From Octopus sinensis (taxonomy: Eukaryota): DNA of 38,175 nt. The translations under genes were made by a program, and so were the position numbers. Location of the stretch: assembly GCF_006345805.1 (NCBI RefSeq), contig NW_021835686.1, positions 1 to 38,175 of the forward strand. Direction: 5' to 3'. This document shows positions 33,740 through 38,175 of the stretch, piece by piece. Position 1 is the first letter of the stretch; every line of letters begins with the position of its first letter. The notes under the pieces are model-generated. The model was not told where the DNA came from. It did not search any database and saw only the letters and a program-made list of their open reading frames with translations.

Positions 33740-36700
33740 TCCTGCTCTTGAAAGAAAAGCCTACCTCCAGCTACCTCTTACTCCCCATTGCCACATCTGA
33801 TTCAACCATCGTATCTTCTTTAGCACTCATTGGGTCGTCACCATTGCATGCCATCTCCACAAACGGGTTGGAAGCAGAAGCGTTTTCTTCATCGGATACC
33901 TTCTCGAGCGTCTTTTTCAGTAGAACGGATTGGATGTATGTCCTTGTTCTTGCTCCATTAGATAGTTTCTTTATATAATTTTTGAAGCATTTCGAGACAA
34001 CCCCATCCCATGTCATAACCACAGGAATTATTTTAACTTGACAATTATACAGAAGCGAAAGCTCACTTGCTAGTAAATTATACTTGTGACACTTTTCAAC
34101 TTCCACTTGATTGAGGCTATCCTGTGAAGTAATACCCACTTCAATCAGAGTTATTTCGTTTCTGAATTTGTCGTGAACAAAAATATCCGGCTTGTTGAAT
34201 TCAGTTTGAGGACGCACGTAAATCAACATTAGGTTCATCCATACTCTTGAAGAGCACAGAATGTAGTGCTTTAGAACTAATTTTCTTTTACAAATGTTGT
34301 ATCTGACCGGACTTTAGAGACTCAATAGTAATACTCTTCTTTTCAATAATTGCATATTTAGAGGATAGAAATCCTGCGATCATAGGTAAATACGATTTAT
34401 TCATTTTAATAACAGGCAGAATCCCCGCCATCCGCAAGCATATAGTTGCCATATTTTCCAGACTCGTAAGGAACTGAAAAAGTATTAGTTTACTTTTGAG
34501 ATTAACTTATGAAAGCCTTCTTGAGCATATTCATTATAGCACGAAATAAATTCACAGAGTTAGGTTTTGTTTTCGATAGCATAGTTATCCTTTTCTTAAC
34601 ATTCTCAAATATAGAATCCATAACTTTATTCTTAAGAACATTGCTTCCATTATCTTCAAGTACACTCAAATACCGGTATCCATTGATTCCGTTAATAGTC
34701 TCACAACATGATAATGATTCCAAATTAGACGCTGATTTTTGAATTTATCTCCAAACCAACAATTTAATAAAATCTGTGAACAGCTTCCATCATTATGAAT
34801 AAAATGTCTTTTTGAGAGCAAATATTTTTAGATCGTCAATAAATAGTAAATGATTAGTAGAATATGTTAACATATTGGGATCTTCCTGGTTAATTTCAAG
34901 TTTGGATAGTCACATTGGGCTCTTTTTATTGAGGAACTGTCTATCTATTCCAAAGTTAACATATGTTTTGAGGACGGCCTAGTGCTATAATGAAACAGAC
35001 CTTCTCGAAGGTTATTCCGAATACATGAGGGCTTGCACTGAAGACATCCTTAACACTAGTTTCGATGCGCAGTCGTGGAGACAGGCGGCCCTTCCAATTT
35101 CCTTTGAAAGGATTGGTCTGACCACACCGGCTGACTCAGCGTATGGTGTTTATTTTTCCTCAGTCCTCTCGTCCAGAGGTATGATCGACACTGTTCTCTC
35201 TCAAATAAATGAACAGAGGAATTCATTTGCTGTGGATGATTGTGCCGCCGTTTGGGAAGCTAGGACTGCCTTTACCGTCCGAAGTAACTTGCCAATCAGA
35301 ATGGACATCGAAAGTCCACGCCAATAAATATGTAAAGCTAAAGGAAAGCATTGACCAGAGAACGTTGGCTTGCTTACAAGTGGGTAGCCAGCTCCTAAGT
35401 GGCTAAACTTGTTACCCTTGTAATACAACTGGCTGCCTTCTGAATGATGAATCAATGAGAATTGGAGTGTGCCTACGCCTCGGTCTACCCGTTTCAGCAA
35501 AACACCAATGCCGCTGCGGGGTACGGACCGACGAATACGGCTATCATTCTCTTTCATGTCGCAATGGATTTGGACGCTCCGTACGGCTTGGAGAACTAAA
35601 CCAAATCATCCGTCGGTCTCTCCAAACTGCGGGATTCCACACCCAACTGGAGCCTACGGGAATCTTTGCCGGGGATTGGAGGAGACCCGATGGGATGACT
35701 ACCTTTCCTTTTCAGAGGGGAAAGTGTCTGGTTTGGGACGTCACGTGTGTGAATTCCTTCTCCAACCAGAACATACAATTGTGCCTTGAAAATCCTGGTG
35801 CCTTGTCTGAACGGCCTGAGAAACGAAAAGTGGACAAATATGGTGGAGTCGGGGCGTTTTTCTCCCTGGCATTTGAGACCTCAGGAGTACAGGGGCCCTC
35901 TGCCCGTATGCTACTTCGCCGGATTGGTTCACTCATGGAATGGGTTACCGGCGATCCCTCCGAGCACCGGTACTTGAACGAACGATTCTCTCTGGCCATA
36001 GTTAGGGGTAATGCCCTGGCTATCTGCCATTAACCTACCTTAATTTAAACTAATTAATTATATGGTCATTGAATTAATAAAATAATCTCTTATTTCAAGT
36101 TTTAGAAACCCCGAATTAAGGATCCTGCTTAGAGGATCCAATACTATAACAAATAGTAAAGAAGACAATGAGTCTCCCTGTAAAATTCCTCTGTTTAACT
36201 TCACTGAACCAATTCTTCTACCGTCAATATGCAGCTTTACTGCCCACTACCTAACTACGCTCTTCACAAAGTTTACGATCCAAAGCGGGATTTCAGAGCA
36301 ATCCAATACGTGAAACAAAAAATCATGATCAACTGAATTATTATGCTTTCTTCACATCGACCCAAGCAGAATAAAAGGCATTCCCGTACTCCTTGTTTGA
36401 ACATTGATTAATGAGCGCTTGCTCCTTAGCGCCTTGGCAATGCTTCTTTGTTCCAAGTTGGTTGTCTGAAATTAGGCCAAATGCCTCGACGCAATCGGCC
36501 AGTTTTACATTAACACATTTGTGACAAGTTTATACAATGTCGGCAACACGTTATAGGACGTAAGTTCTTCGGGGTCTTGCAATCATCTTTTTTAGGAATT
36601 AAATATGTTATCCCAGTGTAAAACCAACTTTCAGGCATGTACTCTCCACTCCCCATTAATTATTCGGATTATCTCGTGACACAGAAATCCATGCAATGAC

Positions 36701-36960
36701 TCCATCTTCTTAATGAAAAAGTTATATATTCCATCACACCCACATGCCTTCCAGTCAGGAAGATACTTAATAATATCTCCAAGAAACTCTTCCGTGAACT
36801 CTGTAAGTTCAACACAAGTAGTTCGTTTTCCAACAACGTCATATGATTCAGGCCTCTCATTTCTCTTGCTCCAGAATTTTTGCCAAAAAGAGACACATTC
36901 TTCATCATCCAATCCTTATAGTGTCACTTCCTCTTTCATTGTTAAATTTCGATAAAATCT
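33740..36960 (-). mobile_element. Long R4/Dong-like non-LTR retrotransposon relic (RT plus RLE), interrupted by a CRE-like insertion
   Basis: In order: WKACGCDGIYNFFIK, NQLGTKKHCQGAKEQALIN, WVDVKKA, RGILQGDSLS, [insertion], NHLLFIDDLK, NKPDIFVHDK, TLIEVGIT, VMTWDG. Confidence 0.92.
34904..36091 (+). mobile_element. 5'-truncated CRE-like non-LTR retrotransposon with an 11-bp TSD
   Basis: LLRNCLSIPKLTYVLRT, SWRQAALP, CRCG..GYHSLSC, RRPDG, LVWDVTC, FETSG, AIVRGNA, then an AT tail. atttcaagttt at 34893-34903 and 36092-36102. Confidence 0.93.
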
Positions 36961-37064
36961 TTTTCGATTTAATTCAAAGCACTGATTATCTATACGAAAT
37001 TGCTTTTCGATTTTACTTTTTTTTATTATTATTTAAATGTTAAAGAAAATCTGTTATTTAGTAT

Positions 37065-37290
37065 TTAATTAGCAGCAGAGGATAAGATGGAATGGCAATT
37101 CCCACGCAAGATGGCTATTGATATGCGTTGGAAAACCCATGTCCGTTCCCGATGATCCTTTCTTCTTCTGCTTGCCAAATCCCCCAGTTTGATAAGGAAC
37201 TTTTTAGTTCTGGGGCCGATGACTCCCGATGTCTCCACTGCGATCGGAGCAAAGATATGACGGTGCGATAAAGCCGGTTCCAACTGTGAT
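37065..37290 (-). mobile_element. CRE-like retroelement 3' end
   Basis: FAPIAVETSGVIGPRT...WVFQRISIAILRGNCHSI* followed by a TAA-rich tail. Confidence 0.85.
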
Positions 37291-37499
37291 GGGAATCCGG
37301 CAGTTGACTCGAGAGAACCAATGGGCAACAGAGAAACGGTGAACCTCATAACTAGGGCCACATTTTTTTTCGAAACCTTTAAAAAGGTGGAAAATTTAAC
37401 TCTTAAAAAGTTACTTCTTATTACCTATTCCCAAAATTGCAAAATAACCTTAAAATTACAAAAAATTATACTTTATGTATTCTCAGGTTAAAACCTTAT

Positions 37500-37995
37500 A
37501 AGTTCGCCTCAGTACCAACCCGGCCGTATACCCAACATGCCGCCTTAATGATATGTCAAGCGCGCGCTCACGCGCTGGATTCCCTCGGTCCTAGAGCCGG
37601 TGGTTAGACCGTGGCGACGGTAAAACGTCCCGACGGTTCCACGCTATTCCCGGGCAAGGGGGACTCGCTCTCGTTTGGGACGTGACCTGTGTCACTCGTT
37701 TTCCTCGTCACTCTTGCTCATGGACTCTGCCTCCCTCCCCTGGCTCAGCCTCCGCACATGCCGAAAAAAAAAATAACAAAGTATTCTCCTGAGACCCCTG
37801 CCTTTTCGTCCCCCTGGATTTTCGAAACGAGCGGGATATCGGGCCCAAAGCTCTTGAGTTCCTTTCGGAAATCGGCTTAATGATCTCAAGGAAGAGTCAC
37901 GAGAGACGTGAGTCTAGTTGGCTTTTTCAGCGCATGTCGCTCGCGATATTGCGCGAAACTGCCTATCTATTCGCGCGTCCTCTCAATCAAAGAAT
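37500..37995 (+). mobile_element. CRE-like retroelement 3' end, degenerate
   Basis: LDRGDGKRPDG, FETSG..GPKALEFL, WLFQRMSLAILR remnants across frameshifts. Confidence 0.8.
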
Positions 37996-38175
37996 TAACA
38001 TCATTAATTTACTTAATTAACAATTATTTTAGTTTAAAAAAAAAAAACCTGTAAAGTATAAATAAGAAACAATAAAATACTTTAAAGACTATTTATTGAA
38101 ATGGACATAACATAATTTTCCAAATTTTGTGTAGCAAAGTTTCTGTTTGACCTCATAAAACTCTAAATTGCGAAA

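Overview
This is AT-rich eukaryotic nuclear DNA from an animal with tiny (about 22-28 nt) GT-AG introns. Axonemal dynein, SLC3/SLC7 genes and micro-introns together point, by inference, to a dicyemid mesozoan or a similar reduced ciliated parasite. No prokaryotic features, CRISPR arrays, rRNA or tRNA genes were found. The window is a mosaic of four kinds of sequence. (1) A ~497-bp tandem array at 1-2536 whose unit looks like a decayed spliced coding segment. (2) Intron-retaining fragments of conserved genes (DNAH10, NIPBL, a CLC-3/4/5 chloride transporter, MON2, SMC4, an SLC7 light chain), mostly cut off at transposon junctions. (3) Apparently complete host genes: an SLC3 heavy chain lying tail-to-tail with the SLC7 light-chain segment, and two divergent LC8-type dynein light chains. 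(4) Many mobile-element relics: R4/Dong-like and CRE-like non-LTR elements with restriction-like endonuclease (RLE), RTE-like APE LINEs, intron-containing rve integrases, hAT and probably Merlin. Two insertions keep exact target-site duplications (TSDs; 11 and 14 bp), which supports real biology. Recurrent 1-bp deletions in homopolymers suggest an under-polished consensus, so pseudogene calls need care. An orphan intronless ~310-codon frame at 16505-17438 remains unexplained. All protein identifications are from remembered motifs, not database searches, and many boundaries are approximate.
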